This document shows positions 44,250 to 53,169 of a DNA stretch of 62,352 nt, piece after piece; position 1 is the stretch's first letter, and each line of letters starts with the position of its first letter. This DNA is from Anaerolineales bacterium. GTDB taxonomy: Bacteria; Chloroflexota; Anaerolineae; Anaerolineales; UBA6663. The DNA is taken from positions 1 to 62,352 of the forward strand of contig JAVQXV010000002.1 in the NCBI GenBank assembly GCA_033577755.1, read 5' to 3'. Position numbers and translations under genes: made by a program. The notes under the pieces were generated by a model. The model saw nothing but the letters and a program-made list of their open reading frames with translations, was not told where the DNA came from and did no database searches.

Positions 44250-44606
44250 TCAGGCTTCGGCGCGCTTTTCCTTGAGGCGGGCCGCCTTGCCGCGCAGGTT
44301 GCGCAGGTAGTAGAGCTGGGCGCGGCGCACTTTGGCCGAGCGGAATACTTCGACTTTTTCGATGCGCGGCGAGCGTAGCAGGAAGGTGCGCTCCACGCCG
44401 ATGCCGTGCGAGGCGATGCGGCGCACGGTGAAGTTGGCCTGGTTGCCGCCCTTGCGCAGCCGGATGACGGTGCCTTTGAATTCCTGCACGCGCTCCTTAT
44501 TGCCTTCCACGATGCGCACATGCACGCTGACGCTATCACCCGGCTTGAGCGCCGGGATGTTAGGATTCGGTGGGGCCTCGACGGCCTTGATCAGATTCGT
44601 GGCCAT
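44250..44606 (-). CDS. rplS: 50S ribosomal protein L19
   Basis: [33 protein letters not shown]. Confidence 0.98.
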   Translation of the reverse strand: MATNLIKAVEAPPNPNIPALKPGDSVSVHVRIVEGNKERVQEFKGTVIRLRKGGNQANFTVRRIASHGIGVERTFLLRSPRIEKVEVFRSAKVRRAQLYYLRNLRGKAARLKEKRAEA

Positions 44607-44677
44607 ACGTCACTCTCGCTTCTCTTGCAGCGGGCAAAATGAACCGCCCACAGCGCGCGGGGCGGTCGCGGGCCGAG

Positions 44678-44686
44678 ATTATACCA
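44678..44686 (-). promoter_or_regulatory. Extended -10 (TGGTATAAT) for rplS
   Basis: Perfect match about 70 nt upstream of the start. Confidence 0.6.
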
Positions 44687-44714
44687 AAGCCATCGGGGGC
44701 CAACAAGAGCGGCC

Positions 44715-44753
44715 TCAATCTCCCAATCTCCAATCTTCAGTCTTCAATCTCCC
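44715..44753. repeat. Heptamer array (AATCTYC)
   Basis: Direct inspection. Confidence 0.7.
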
Positions 44754-44759
44754 TCCCCC

Positions 44760-45290
44760 TCACCACCCCAACCTCCGCGCCGCCGCGAACAGCGTCGCCA
44801 GGCTCTTGGCATCGCGCACCTCGCCGCGCTCGACGGCGGCCAGCGCCTCCGCCACCGGCAACCTGATCACCTCGATCATCTCGTCGGCGTCTTGAGGCAG
44901 TGGGGCGGGCGTCAGGCCGGTAGCAAGGTATGCATACATCTTTTCGGTGGAATAGCCGGGTGCGAGCCAGAACGTCGTCAGCGGCTCCAGCCGAGCAGCG
45001 CGCATGCCGATTTCTTCCTGCAATTCGCGCTGTGCGCCCAGCGCCGGGTCTTCATCGCCATGCAACGTTCCGGCGGGCAATTCAAGCAGCGTCTCACCGA
45101 TGCTGTGCCGGTACTGGCGGATGAACCAGAGTCGGCCGTCGTCATCCAGCGGCAGCATGGTCACCGCGCCGACGTGCTCAACGACCTCGATCCGAGTAGT
45201 GCGGCCCGGCGCATATTCCACTTCATCCAGCCGCACGCCGAAGGCGCGGCCCCGGAAGACGATTTCGGACTTCAGCACTCTGGGCGTCAT
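44760..45290 (-). CDS. NUDIX hydrolase (ADP-ribose pyrophosphatase-like)
   Basis: QYRH, LELPAG..AQRELQEEIG, PGYSTE, DAKS. Confidence 0.9.
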   Translation of the reverse strand: MTPRVLKSEIVFRGRAFGVRLDEVEYAPGRTTRIEVVEHVGAVTMLPLDDDGRLWFIRQYRHSIGETLLELPAGTLHGDEDPALGAQRELQEEIGMRAARLEPLTTFWLAPGYSTEKMYAYLATGLTPAPLPQDADEMIEVIRLPVAEALAAVERGEVRDAKSLATLFAAARRLGW

Positions 45291-45388
45291 GAGACCTCGG
45301 GAACACAAAGGGCGCAGAGATGTCTGCGCCCTCGTGGGTGGCTTTGTTTGTGCCCGGCAGACGAGTGAGCTCACTACGGAAAGAAAGT

Positions 45389-45465
45389 TTCACCACCGAG
45401 ATCGAAGAGCGCGCAGAGAGACAATCAAGAAAGAAACTCTGTGCTCTCCACATTCTCTGCGGTGC
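45389..45465. repeat. Imperfect inverted repeat (gcagagag ... ctctgtgctctc..ctctgcggtg)
   Basis: Purine-rich and pyrimidine-rich arms in the intergenic region. Confidence 0.45.
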
Positions 45466-45490
45466 GTTTTTTCAGCGCGCTTACGAGCGC

Positions 45491-46180
45491 TTATGGGAAC
45501 TTGAGCACCTGTCCGGGGAAGATGCGGTACGGCGGCCGCAGGTTGTTCACTTGAGCCATCTGCTCGGTGGTGAAGCCGCAGCGGAAGCCGATGCGGAACA
45601 GGTTGTCACCGGCCTTGACGGTGTACGTGCCCGTGCAAGCGTGCGCCGTAGGCGTCGTCGGTGCGCCGGGCGAGACGGCAGCAGGCGCGCCGGGCAGGTT
45701 GAGCTTCTGGCCGGGCGTCAGGCGGTTGGGGTTGATGCCGGGGTTGGCGGCGATGATGGCCTGCGGTTGCAAACGGCACTCGCGCGCAATCTTGTAGATC
45801 CAGTCGCCCTGCTTGACGGTGTACGGGCTGGCACAGGCGGCGGGCGCCGCGGTGGGCGGAGCCAACGTGGCGACCGCAATTGGCGTGGCGGTGGCGGCGA
45901 CCGGCTCCGGCGTCGGGACAGGGGTAGCGACCGAAATCGGCGTAGCAGTGGCGGCAGCGGCGGGCGCCTCCGGTAACGCGCCGGCCTGTTGCGCAGCCTG
46001 CGTGCTCCACAGTTCTGTCATCACGGCCACCATGGTCGCGTCCGGCCCGGGCGTCTCGCCCTGAACGCCCCCAACAACAGCCGGGGTGTCGGTGGGAAGC
46101 GGCGTGGTCGCCGAGCGCTGACAGGCGGCCAGCAGGGCCACAATCAGTCCGACCCCGACCAGGACAAAACGATTTTTCAT
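45491..46180 (-). CDS. Lipoprotein with two LysM domains
   Basis: Lipobox LAAC, YTVKQGD..KIA, YTVKAGDNLFRIG; ggagga RBS. Confidence 0.9.
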   Translation of the reverse strand: MKNRFVLVGVGLIVALLAACQRSATTPLPTDTPAVVGGVQGETPGPDATMVAVMTELWSTQAAQQAGALPEAPAAAATATPISVATPVPTPEPVAATATPIAVATLAPPTAAPAACASPYTVKQGDWIYKIARECRLQPQAIIAANPGINPNRLTPGQKLNLPGAPAAVSPGAPTTPTAHACTGTYTVKAGDNLFRIGFRCGFTTEQMAQVNNLRPPYRIFPGQVLKFP

Positions 46181-46327
46181 GGCCATTCCTCCTAAGCCGA
46201 TGATTCCCGGCCGTCCATAAGCAGACCGAGACTTAAGCAATTTGAGAACTTCGAGTTGATGCCCAAGGCAAATTGTCGGTGGTATTGTGGCGCAAATGGC
46301 TTTTTTACGCAAACACACCTGCGGCAC

Positions 46328-46430
46328 GTGTGCACGCAGAGGTTGTCAGGGAAGGTGCCGCCCCTTCGACTGCCGCTTCGCTTCGCTCAGCGTCCGCTCA
46401 GGGTGCGGCTGACATGTCTTGCGTGCACGC
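46328..46430 (+). mobile_element. MITE/REP-like dispersed repeat, 103 bp, imperfect 22-bp terminal inverted repeats
   Basis: gtgtgcacgcagaggttgtcag ... ctgacatgtcttgcgtgcacgc. Confidence 0.75.
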
Positions 46431-46453
46431 CACGGCGCTCAGGGTCGCCGGTT

Positions 46454-47611
46454 CTATCCGGCGCGTAGCAGGTGGGTGAGGACGGTGGCCCCGCTGCCGC
46501 CGATGTTCTGCGCCAGACCGAGGCGCGCGCCGGGCACCTGCGTCTCGCCGGCCTCACCGCGCAGCTGCTGCGTCACCTCCACAATCTGGTACACCCCCGT
46601 CGCGCCGACGGGGTGGCCGCGCGCCTTCAGCCCGCCGCGCGTCGCCATCGGTGTGCGCCCGCGCGGCCCAATCTCGCCTTCGAGCGCCAGGCGCGGCCCC
46701 TGACCGCGCTCGGCCAGGCCGCAGGCCTCCAGCGAGAGCGCGGCCATGATAGAGAAGGCGTCGTGCAGCTCGAAGAGGTCAACCTCCGCCGGGGTGACGC
46801 CGGCCTGTGCGTAGGCCTGCCGCGCGGAACGATAGGCGGCCTCCAGCCACAGCGGGTCGCGCCGGTCGTGAACGGCCAGCGTGTCGGTGGCGCAGGCGGA
46901 AGCGACCACGCGCACCACAGGCCGCCCGTTTCTACCCTTCAGCCGGTCGCCGGGGACGAGCACCACTGCCGCCGCGCCGTCACCGATGGGCGAGGCGTCC
47001 AGCAGGTTGATGGGGTCGGCCACCATGCGCGCACGCCGGTAGTCATGCTCGGTGATGCGCTCGTGCAGGCGGGCGTAGGGGTTGTGAAGGGCGTTAGCAT
47101 GCGCGTTGATGGCGAACGGTGCAAAGTGCTCCTTGCACCAGCCATGCTCGTACATGTAGCGGCGCATGAGCAGCGCGTTGAGAGCGACGAACGAGACGCC
47201 CTGCGCGGCCTCGTAATCGGCGTCGGCGGCGGAGGCCAATCCCATCGTCACCGCCGGCCCGGTCTGGTCGGTCATCTTCTCGACGCCGACGGCGATGGCG
47301 CATTCCATCGCGCCGGAGGCCACGGCCAGCAGCGCCGAGCGGAAGGCGGCGGCGCCCGAGCCGCAGGCTGCCTCGATCTTCACTGCTTCCACGCCGCGCA
47401 GGCCCACCCAATCGGCCACCAGCGCGCCGAGGTTCTCCTGCCGGTTGAGCGGCCCGGAGAGCATGTTGCCGACGAACAGGCCGTCGGCGGTCTCGCGCCC
47501 GGCGTCCTGCAGCGCTGCGAAGACTGCCTCGCCCGCAATTACGCGGATGGACTTATCCCAGTGTTCACCGATGGGCGTCTGGCCAACGCCCAGTATCGCA
47601 ACTTCACGCAT
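46454..47611 (-). CDS. Thiolase, archaeal/SCP-x type acetyl-CoA acetyltransferase
   Basis: EAACGSG, ELHDAF, GGLKARGHPVGATG, QNIGG. Confidence 0.9.
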   Translation of the reverse strand: MREVAILGVGQTPIGEHWDKSIRVIAGEAVFAALQDAGRETADGLFVGNMLSGPLNRQENLGALVADWVGLRGVEAVKIEAACGSGAAAFRSALLAVASGAMECAIAVGVEKMTDQTGPAVTMGLASAADADYEAAQGVSFVALNALLMRRYMYEHGWCKEHFAPFAINAHANALHNPYARLHERITEHDYRRARMVADPINLLDASPIGDGAAAVVLVPGDRLKGRNGRPVVRVVASACATDTLAVHDRRDPLWLEAAYRSARQAYAQAGVTPAEVDLFELHDAFSIMAALSLEACGLAERGQGPRLALEGEIGPRGRTPMATRGGLKARGHPVGATGVYQIVEVTQQLRGEAGETQVPGARLGLAQNIGGSGATVLTHLLRAG

Positions 47612-47759
47612 AGCGCCTCCCGGCCCAGTCTGCCGACTTTCGGCTTGAAATCCGTCTCAGACTCGGCGGGTTTCCTGTCACACGCTCTCACAAAGTGGCT
47701 TTACGTACACCTGAGAATTCTACAAAGCCGAGGCATAATTGACTACCGGGAGGCGGACG

Positions 47760-48578
47760 ATGAACGCCGCAGCTCGCCCGTTCAACAAACAGGAAGCCAC
47801 TTTCTATTTTCTGTTTGCCGCGCTGCTGTTGCTGGCACTGGCCGTCGCCGGACTGCTCGTTTGGGCGCTGACGCCGCCCAGCCGCTCTGTGTACGTGGGG
47901 GTTGTGAGTGATTACCCGCCTCGCGACTCGCCCTATCGCGTCGAGGCCGGCGGTCAAACACTCTGGCTCGTGAACCTGGGCCATCAGTTCATCGCCCTGG
48001 AGCCGCGCAATATCACGGCACGCACCGCCTGCATGGTCGTCTGGGTTGAAGCCAACCGGCGCTTCGAGGATCCATGCAGCGCCGATTATTTTGCGCTCGA
48101 CGGCGCGCACCTGCCCGCCGGCGTTGGCTCGGAAGTCGTCGGCTTGCGGCGTTACGCCGTGGCCGTGCGCTCCGGCGAGCTGTGGGTGAACTTGAGCGCA
48201 GTGACGCCGCCGCCCACGCCGCTGCCGGCGATTTACCTGGGCCGCACAACGGACTTCCCACCGCAGGATGCACCCTATTTCGTAGCCGCAGGCGAGCGCT
48301 GGCTGTACCTCGTCAATACGGGCGAGGAGTTCATTGTTCTGAACCCGCGTTTCACCATTGGCAATTGGGATTGTTTTGTCGCCTGGATTCCAAGCAATAA
48401 GCGTTTTGAGGACCCCTGTTCCGGCGCAAAACACACGCTGACCGGAAAGTGGATCGAACAGGGGCTGCAATACTTCCAGTTTCGTGATCTGCCCCCTAAA
48501 GACCTGACCCGCTATCCCCTCACCATCCGCTTCGATGAATTGTGGGTTGACCTCCGCGCCGCGACGCCTGATCCATAA
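47760..48578 (+). CDS. Membrane-anchored protein with two degenerate Rieske-like domains
   Basis: TM helix, then two repeats of C.V.W....RFEDPCS...(F/H).L.G..L.RY; ggagg RBS. Confidence 0.7.
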   Translation: MNAAARPFNKQEATFYFLFAALLLLALAVAGLLVWALTPPSRSVYVGVVSDYPPRDSPYRVEAGGQTLWLVNLGHQFIALEPRNITARTACMVVWVEANRRFEDPCSADYFALDGAHLPAGVGSEVVGLRRYAVAVRSGELWVNLSAVTPPPTPLPAIYLGRTTDFPPQDAPYFVAAGERWLYLVNTGEEFIVLNPRFTIGNWDCFVAWIPSNKRFEDPCSGAKHTLTGKWIEQGLQYFQFRDLPPKDLTRYPLTIRFDELWVDLRAATPDP

Positions 48579-48691
48579 AGACATCGGAGTTGCGAAACAA
48601 TGGGGCCACAGACATCACCAAAGCGCCAACCGAACTCCTCACCGTTTTCCACCTATCTCCTGCCCCTCAAGTTTGGTAGACTTCAGCCCCG

Positions 48692-49261
48692 ATGACAACC
48701 GCCAAGCCTTCCGCAACCGCTCAAAAGCCCGGGCCGGGATGGGGCTGGCTCATCGCCGGCCTGGGCGTCGTAGCCCTGCTCGTGCTCGTCGGCGTGCAGT
48801 TGTTCAGCGTGCAGGCGGGCGGATTACTGGCCGGCCAGCCCGCGCCGGATTTCGAAGTGACCGGTTTCCCCAACACGCCGTTGGCGGGCAAGCAGTTCCG
48901 GCTGAGGGAGGCGCGCGGGCAAGTGGTGCTGCTCAACTTCTGGGCCTCGTGGTGCGCGCCCTGTCGCGTGGAAGCGCCCGACCTGGAAGCGGTCTGGCAG
49001 CGCTACAAAGACCGAGGCGTCGTGGTGGTCGGCCTGGCCTGGTCCGACACCGAGCGTGAGTCGCTCAAGTTCATCAACGAGTTCAAGCAGACCTACCTCA
49101 ACGGCCCCGACTTAGGCACGCGCGCCGGGCAGGCCTACCGCATCCGCGCCGTGCCGGAGACGTATCTAATTGACCAGAACGGCGTGCTGGTCTGGTTCAA
49201 GAAGGGGCCGACCAACCTGGCGGAGATGCAGCAACAAATCGAGCCGCTGCTGACGCGCTAG
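48692..49261 (+). CDS. TlpA/ResA family thiol-disulfide oxidoreductase
   Basis: TM anchor, APDF, LNFWASWCAPC, VPETYLID. Confidence 0.92.
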   Translation: MTTAKPSATAQKPGPGWGWLIAGLGVVALLVLVGVQLFSVQAGGLLAGQPAPDFEVTGFPNTPLAGKQFRLREARGQVVLLNFWASWCAPCRVEAPDLEAVWQRYKDRGVVVVGLAWSDTERESLKFINEFKQTYLNGPDLGTRAGQAYRIRAVPETYLIDQNGVLVWFKKGPTNLAEMQQQIEPLLTR

Positions 49262-49368
49262 ATCGCGTCCGGCGTCTGCTTCGCGCCCGCACCGACGTCC
49301 TATTGCCGGGACACGCGCTGCCGACGAGACTGGGGGACGGCGTCCGCCCCCGACGATGACCGGATCGA

Positions 49369-50394
49369 ATGACCGGAAGAGTGGCAATGAGTTCTCGAAC
49401 GATGACCCTCCCCAAAATCAGCCCCGCGCTGCGGCAAGCATTACTCAACCTGCTACGCATCGGCGTCTCGGTGACGCTGCTCGCGGTTGTCCTCTCACAA
49501 ATCAACCTGGCGCGGCTGGCGCAGACCCTTGGTGAAGCAGACCTACGCCTGTACGCCGCTGCCCTGGGCCTCGGGCTGACCGGCGTGGCGCTGCGGGCGT
49601 GGCGCTGGAAGGTGCTGCTCGACGCGGTCGGCGCGCGCGTGCCCTATGGCCGACTGCTCTATCTCTACTTCGTCGGCGCGTTCTTCAACGCCTTCCTGCC
49701 TACAGGCTTTGGCGGCGACGTGGTGCGCGTGCTGGAGTTCGGCCCCGGTGCGGACAAGGCCACCGCCGCCGGCACAACCGTTGTGGACCGGCTGGCCGGC
49801 TTCATCATGCTCTTCGCGCTGGCGCTGGTCGCGCTGCCCTTTGCGCTCAGCCTTGTGCCCGGCCGGCTGCTCATCCTCATCGGCGCGCTGGCGCTGGCGG
49901 TGCTGCTCGGCAGCCTGCTCCTCTTCGAAGGCAACCTGCTGCGGCGCGTGACCGGCGTGCTGACCTCGCGCCTGCCGGGCCGGTTGCAGTTTTTGTCTCT
50001 CAGCGGCAACGGCTGGCTGGCGCGGATGTACGCCGTGGTCACCGCCTGCGGGCGCGGCGCGGTGCTGCGGGCGCTCGGCGTATCGCTCGTCTTCAACTCC
50101 GTGCTGCTGTTCGCGGCGTGGCTGCTGGCCGGCGCGTTTCGCCTGGGCGTGACGCTGCCCACGCTGCTGGTGTTCGTGCCGGTGGCCACGGCCTCGCTGC
50201 TGTTGCCCATCTCCGTCAGCGGGCTGGGCGTGCGCGAGGGCATCTACGTGCTGCTCTTCGCGCAGGTGGGCGTGCGGCAGGAGCAGGCGCTGGCCTTCTC
50301 GTTCGCCTACTACTCGATTGACCTGGTGGCCGGGCTGCTGGGCGGGCTGATTTATCTTGCCGCCGGCCTGCTCCGGCTGCGGCGGCGCGAGTGA
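49369..50394 (+). CDS. Lysylphosphatidylglycerol synthase TM-domain (flippase-like) protein
   Basis: RAWRW, FFNAFLPTGFGGDVVR, PISVSGLGVREG; start position uncertain. Confidence 0.85.
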   Translation: MTGRVAMSSRTMTLPKISPALRQALLNLLRIGVSVTLLAVVLSQINLARLAQTLGEADLRLYAAALGLGLTGVALRAWRWKVLLDAVGARVPYGRLLYLYFVGAFFNAFLPTGFGGDVVRVLEFGPGADKATAAGTTVVDRLAGFIMLFALALVALPFALSLVPGRLLILIGALALAVLLGSLLLFEGNLLRRVTGVLTSRLPGRLQFLSLSGNGWLARMYAVVTACGRGAVLRALGVSLVFNSVLLFAAWLLAGAFRLGVTLPTLLVFVPVATASLLLPISVSGLGVREGIYVLLFAQVGVRQEQALAFSFAYYSIDLVAGLLGGLIYLAAGLLRLRRRE

Positions 50395-50431
50395 CTCTGC
50401 TGACCCTTAACGCTGCTTAACGTTCTCTTTC

Positions 50432-51421
50432 ATGCTCGCCGCCCTCGCTGCCCCACCCATCCGCCAACGCCTGGCCAATTTTGCCCGCATCGTCATCTCC
50501 GTCGGTCTGCTGGCCGTGCTGGTCACCGGCGCCGACGTGCAGGCGCTCTGGCGCACACTACAAGCGGCCAACGTCTGGCTGTATCTGGCCTGCATCCCCA
50601 TCTCGACGCTGGGCATGTTCTTGCGCGCGCTGCGCTGGCATGTGACGCTGCGGGCAAGCGGGACGCGCGTCTCGTTCCGGCGCGCGTTCTACCTGTGCTA
50701 CGTCGGCGCGTTCTTCAACACCTTCCTGCCGAGCGGGCTGGGCGGCGACGTGGTCCGCGTGCTGGAGATCGGGCCGGGCGCGACTTCGCAGCAGGCCACC
50801 GGCACGATTCTGGTGGAGCGGATGGCGGGCTTCGCCGTGCTGTTCGGGCTGGCTGCCGTGGCGCTGCCGTTCTCCGCGGCCTTCCTCCCGCCGCTCACGG
50901 TCTGGCTCATCGGCGCGCTGACGGCGGGCGTGCTCGGCGCGACAGCCCTGCTGCTCGAAGGCAAACTGCTGCGCCGGGTCATGGCCCGTCTGCCGCGCGC
51001 CATCTCACTGGCGGGCGATACCTGGCTCGGCCAGACGTACAACGTAATCACACAGGTCGGCTGGCGCGTGCTGGGTATCGCTGCGCTGATTTCGCTGATC
51101 TTCAACGGCTCGATTGTGTTCAGCAATTGGCTGGTGACGCGCGCCTTCGGTTTGGATGTGCCGTTGTGGGGAGTGGCCGTCGTCCTGCCCATCATCGCTG
51201 CCACGTTGCTGGTGCCCATCTCCATCAGCGGCTTCGGTGTGCGCGAAGGCGTGGTGGTGGCGCTGCTACTTCAAATGGGCGTCAACGCGGAGCAGGGCTT
51301 GTTGCTCTCGCTGGCCTGGTACGGGCTGGATGTGATTGATGGCCTGTTCGGCGGCGTCATCTACTTCGTCACCGGCCTGCTCGGCCTGCGGCCTCAAACG
51401 GCGGAGGGAGCGGGGAAGTAG
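50432..51421 (+). CDS. Lysylphosphatidylglycerol synthase TM-domain protein (tandem paralog)
   Basis: RALRW, FFNTFLPSGLGGDVVR, PISISGFGVREG. Confidence 0.85.
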   Translation: MLAALAAPPIRQRLANFARIVISVGLLAVLVTGADVQALWRTLQAANVWLYLACIPISTLGMFLRALRWHVTLRASGTRVSFRRAFYLCYVGAFFNTFLPSGLGGDVVRVLEIGPGATSQQATGTILVERMAGFAVLFGLAAVALPFSAAFLPPLTVWLIGALTAGVLGATALLLEGKLLRRVMARLPRAISLAGDTWLGQTYNVITQVGWRVLGIAALISLIFNGSIVFSNWLVTRAFGLDVPLWGVAVVLPIIAATLLVPISISGFGVREGVVVALLLQMGVNAEQGLLLSLAWYGLDVIDGLFGGVIYFVTGLLGLRPQTAEGAGK

Positions 51422-51465
51422 GCGGAGAGGACGCTTGGATGCCGGGCAACATCTGAGGTAGAACG

Positions 51466-52614
51466 CTAGGTGGCGGCATAAACACAGACGCCGCCAACGA
51501 ACGTTGCCGCCACGCGCAGGTCATTGGTCAGCAGCACCAGGTCGGCGCGATAGCCGGGCGCGAGCCGGCCCCGGTCGGTCAGGCCGAGCAGGCACGCCGG
51601 CGTCTCGCTGACGGTGCGTAGGGCGTCGGCCACGCTGCAGCCTGTGAAGGCGATCAGGTTGCGCACGGCCCGGTCGAGGCTGAGGATGCTGCCGGCCAGC
51701 CGCCCGTCGCTCAAACGCGCCGAGGTGTCATCCACCGTCGCCAGCGCCTCGCCCAGATGGTAGCGGCCCGGCGGCATGCCGAGCGCGGCCATCCCATCGG
51801 TGACGAGGGTGAGGCCCGTCGCTCCCTTGCAGCGCCAGGCCACGTCCACCACGGACGGATGCACGTGCACGCCGTCGGCGATGAGGCCGGCCACGAGGCG
51901 CGTTTCGGTCAGCAGCGCACCGAGCAGGCCGGGCGACCGATGATCGAGCGGGCGCATGGCGTTGAAGAGATGCGTGGCGTAGCGCAGGCCGGCGTCGAGG
52001 CCCGCGCGCATCTCCTCGTAGCCGGCCAGCGAGTGGCCGACGCTCACCGTCACGCCGCGCTCGCACAGCGCCCGGATCACGGCGAGCGCGCCGGGCAGCT
52101 CAGGGGCCAGCGTCACCAGCTGCACGCCGTTCTCCGGCGACCAGTCCGCGATGCTTTCCACATCCGGCTGGCGCAAGTAAGCGGGGTTGTGCGCGCCGCG
52201 TTTTTCGGGATTGAGGAACGGGCCTTCGAGGTGCAGGCCGAGCGGCAGCGCCCCGCTGAAGCCCGGCGGCGGGCCGGCGTGCAGCGCGGCCTGCGCGCGC
52301 CTGTAAGCGTCGTTCGGCGCCGTGATGATGGTCGGCAGGAAAGCGGTGACGCCGTATTGCGGCAGCCGCGCAGCCGCGGCCCAGATGGCGGCCGGCTCGG
52401 TGGTGAAGTCGTGGCCGAACGCGCCGTTGAGCTGCAGGTCAATGAAACCCGGCGCGAGCAGCAGGCCATCCGCCTCAACGATCTCAGCCTGATCGGGGCA
52501 GGGAACTTCCGTCAGCGCGCCGAGCGCAACCACTCGTTCACCCTCGATCAGGACCGCGCTATCCGGGATCGGGTGTGACGGGGTTAGCGCCGTTGCACCC
52601 CGGAGACAGAGCAT
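51466..52614 (-). CDS. nagA: N-acetylglucosamine-6-phosphate deacetylase
   Basis: PGFIDLQLNG, HLEGPF, GAH, TLAPE, THLFNAM, IADGVHV, LAGS. Confidence 0.95.
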   Translation of the reverse strand: MLCLRGATALTPSHPIPDSAVLIEGERVVALGALTEVPCPDQAEIVEADGLLLAPGFIDLQLNGAFGHDFTTEPAAIWAAAARLPQYGVTAFLPTIITAPNDAYRRAQAALHAGPPPGFSGALPLGLHLEGPFLNPEKRGAHNPAYLRQPDVESIADWSPENGVQLVTLAPELPGALAVIRALCERGVTVSVGHSLAGYEEMRAGLDAGLRYATHLFNAMRPLDHRSPGLLGALLTETRLVAGLIADGVHVHPSVVDVAWRCKGATGLTLVTDGMAALGMPPGRYHLGEALATVDDTSARLSDGRLAGSILSLDRAVRNLIAFTGCSVADALRTVSETPACLLGLTDRGRLAPGYRADLVLLTNDLRVAATFVGGVCVYAAT

Positions 52615-52635
52615 GATGAACTTGAACCGGGCCGC

Positions 52636-53052
52636 TCAGTCACGTCGCCGCCGCTCGCGCCGCCGCCACTCGCGGTCGTCGGGGACGAAGACGCTGAGCA
52701 CCACGCTGACGATGGAGACGATGAGCGCGCCGAAGAAGGCAGGCCAGAAGCCGTCCACCGTGAAGCCCACGCCGAACCACTGGCCGACCTGCCCGGCCAG
52801 CCAGAACATCAGCGTGTTGATGAGCAGCGTGCCCAGGCCGAGCGTGAGGATAATCAGCGGACAGGTGAGGAAGGTGATGATGGGCCGCACCAGCGCGTTG
52901 ACCAGCCCAAAGATGAAGGCCAGCGCGATGATTGAGCCGACGTCGCGCGGGCCGGCGATGCCGGGCACGCCGTTGAACACGCCGGGGATACCGTTAATGA
53001 CGATCCACAGCGCAACGGCGTTGATGGTGAGGCGAAGGAGTAACTTGAGCAT
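52636..53052 (-). CDS. YvlD-like four-TM membrane protein (phage holin family)
   Basis: GLVNALVRP..LT.PL.ILTLGL..INT, V.GFWPAFFGA. Confidence 0.88.
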   Translation of the reverse strand: MLKLLLRLTINAVALWIVINGIPGVFNGVPGIAGPRDVGSIIALAFIFGLVNALVRPIITFLTCPLIILTLGLGTLLINTLMFWLAGQVGQWFGVGFTVDGFWPAFFGALIVSIVSVVLSVFVPDDREWRRRERRRRD

Positions 53053-53093
53053 GGTGAAGTCTCCGTAATCCATAGTAGCGCGGTGCATAATCG

Positions 53094-53140
53094 AAGCAAC
53101 ACACTATACGCAACACGCAATACGCACTATGCACCACGTT
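53094..53140. repeat. Heptamer array (AYACGCA)
   Basis: Direct inspection. Confidence 0.7.
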
Positions 53141-53169
53141 CCACCGCAGTTGCGCCCGTCCGGCAAACG

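Noticed and set aside
52636-53052. Prophage suggested by the holin-family gene
   Set aside because: YvlD-type proteins are common chromosomal membrane proteins; no phage genes nearby
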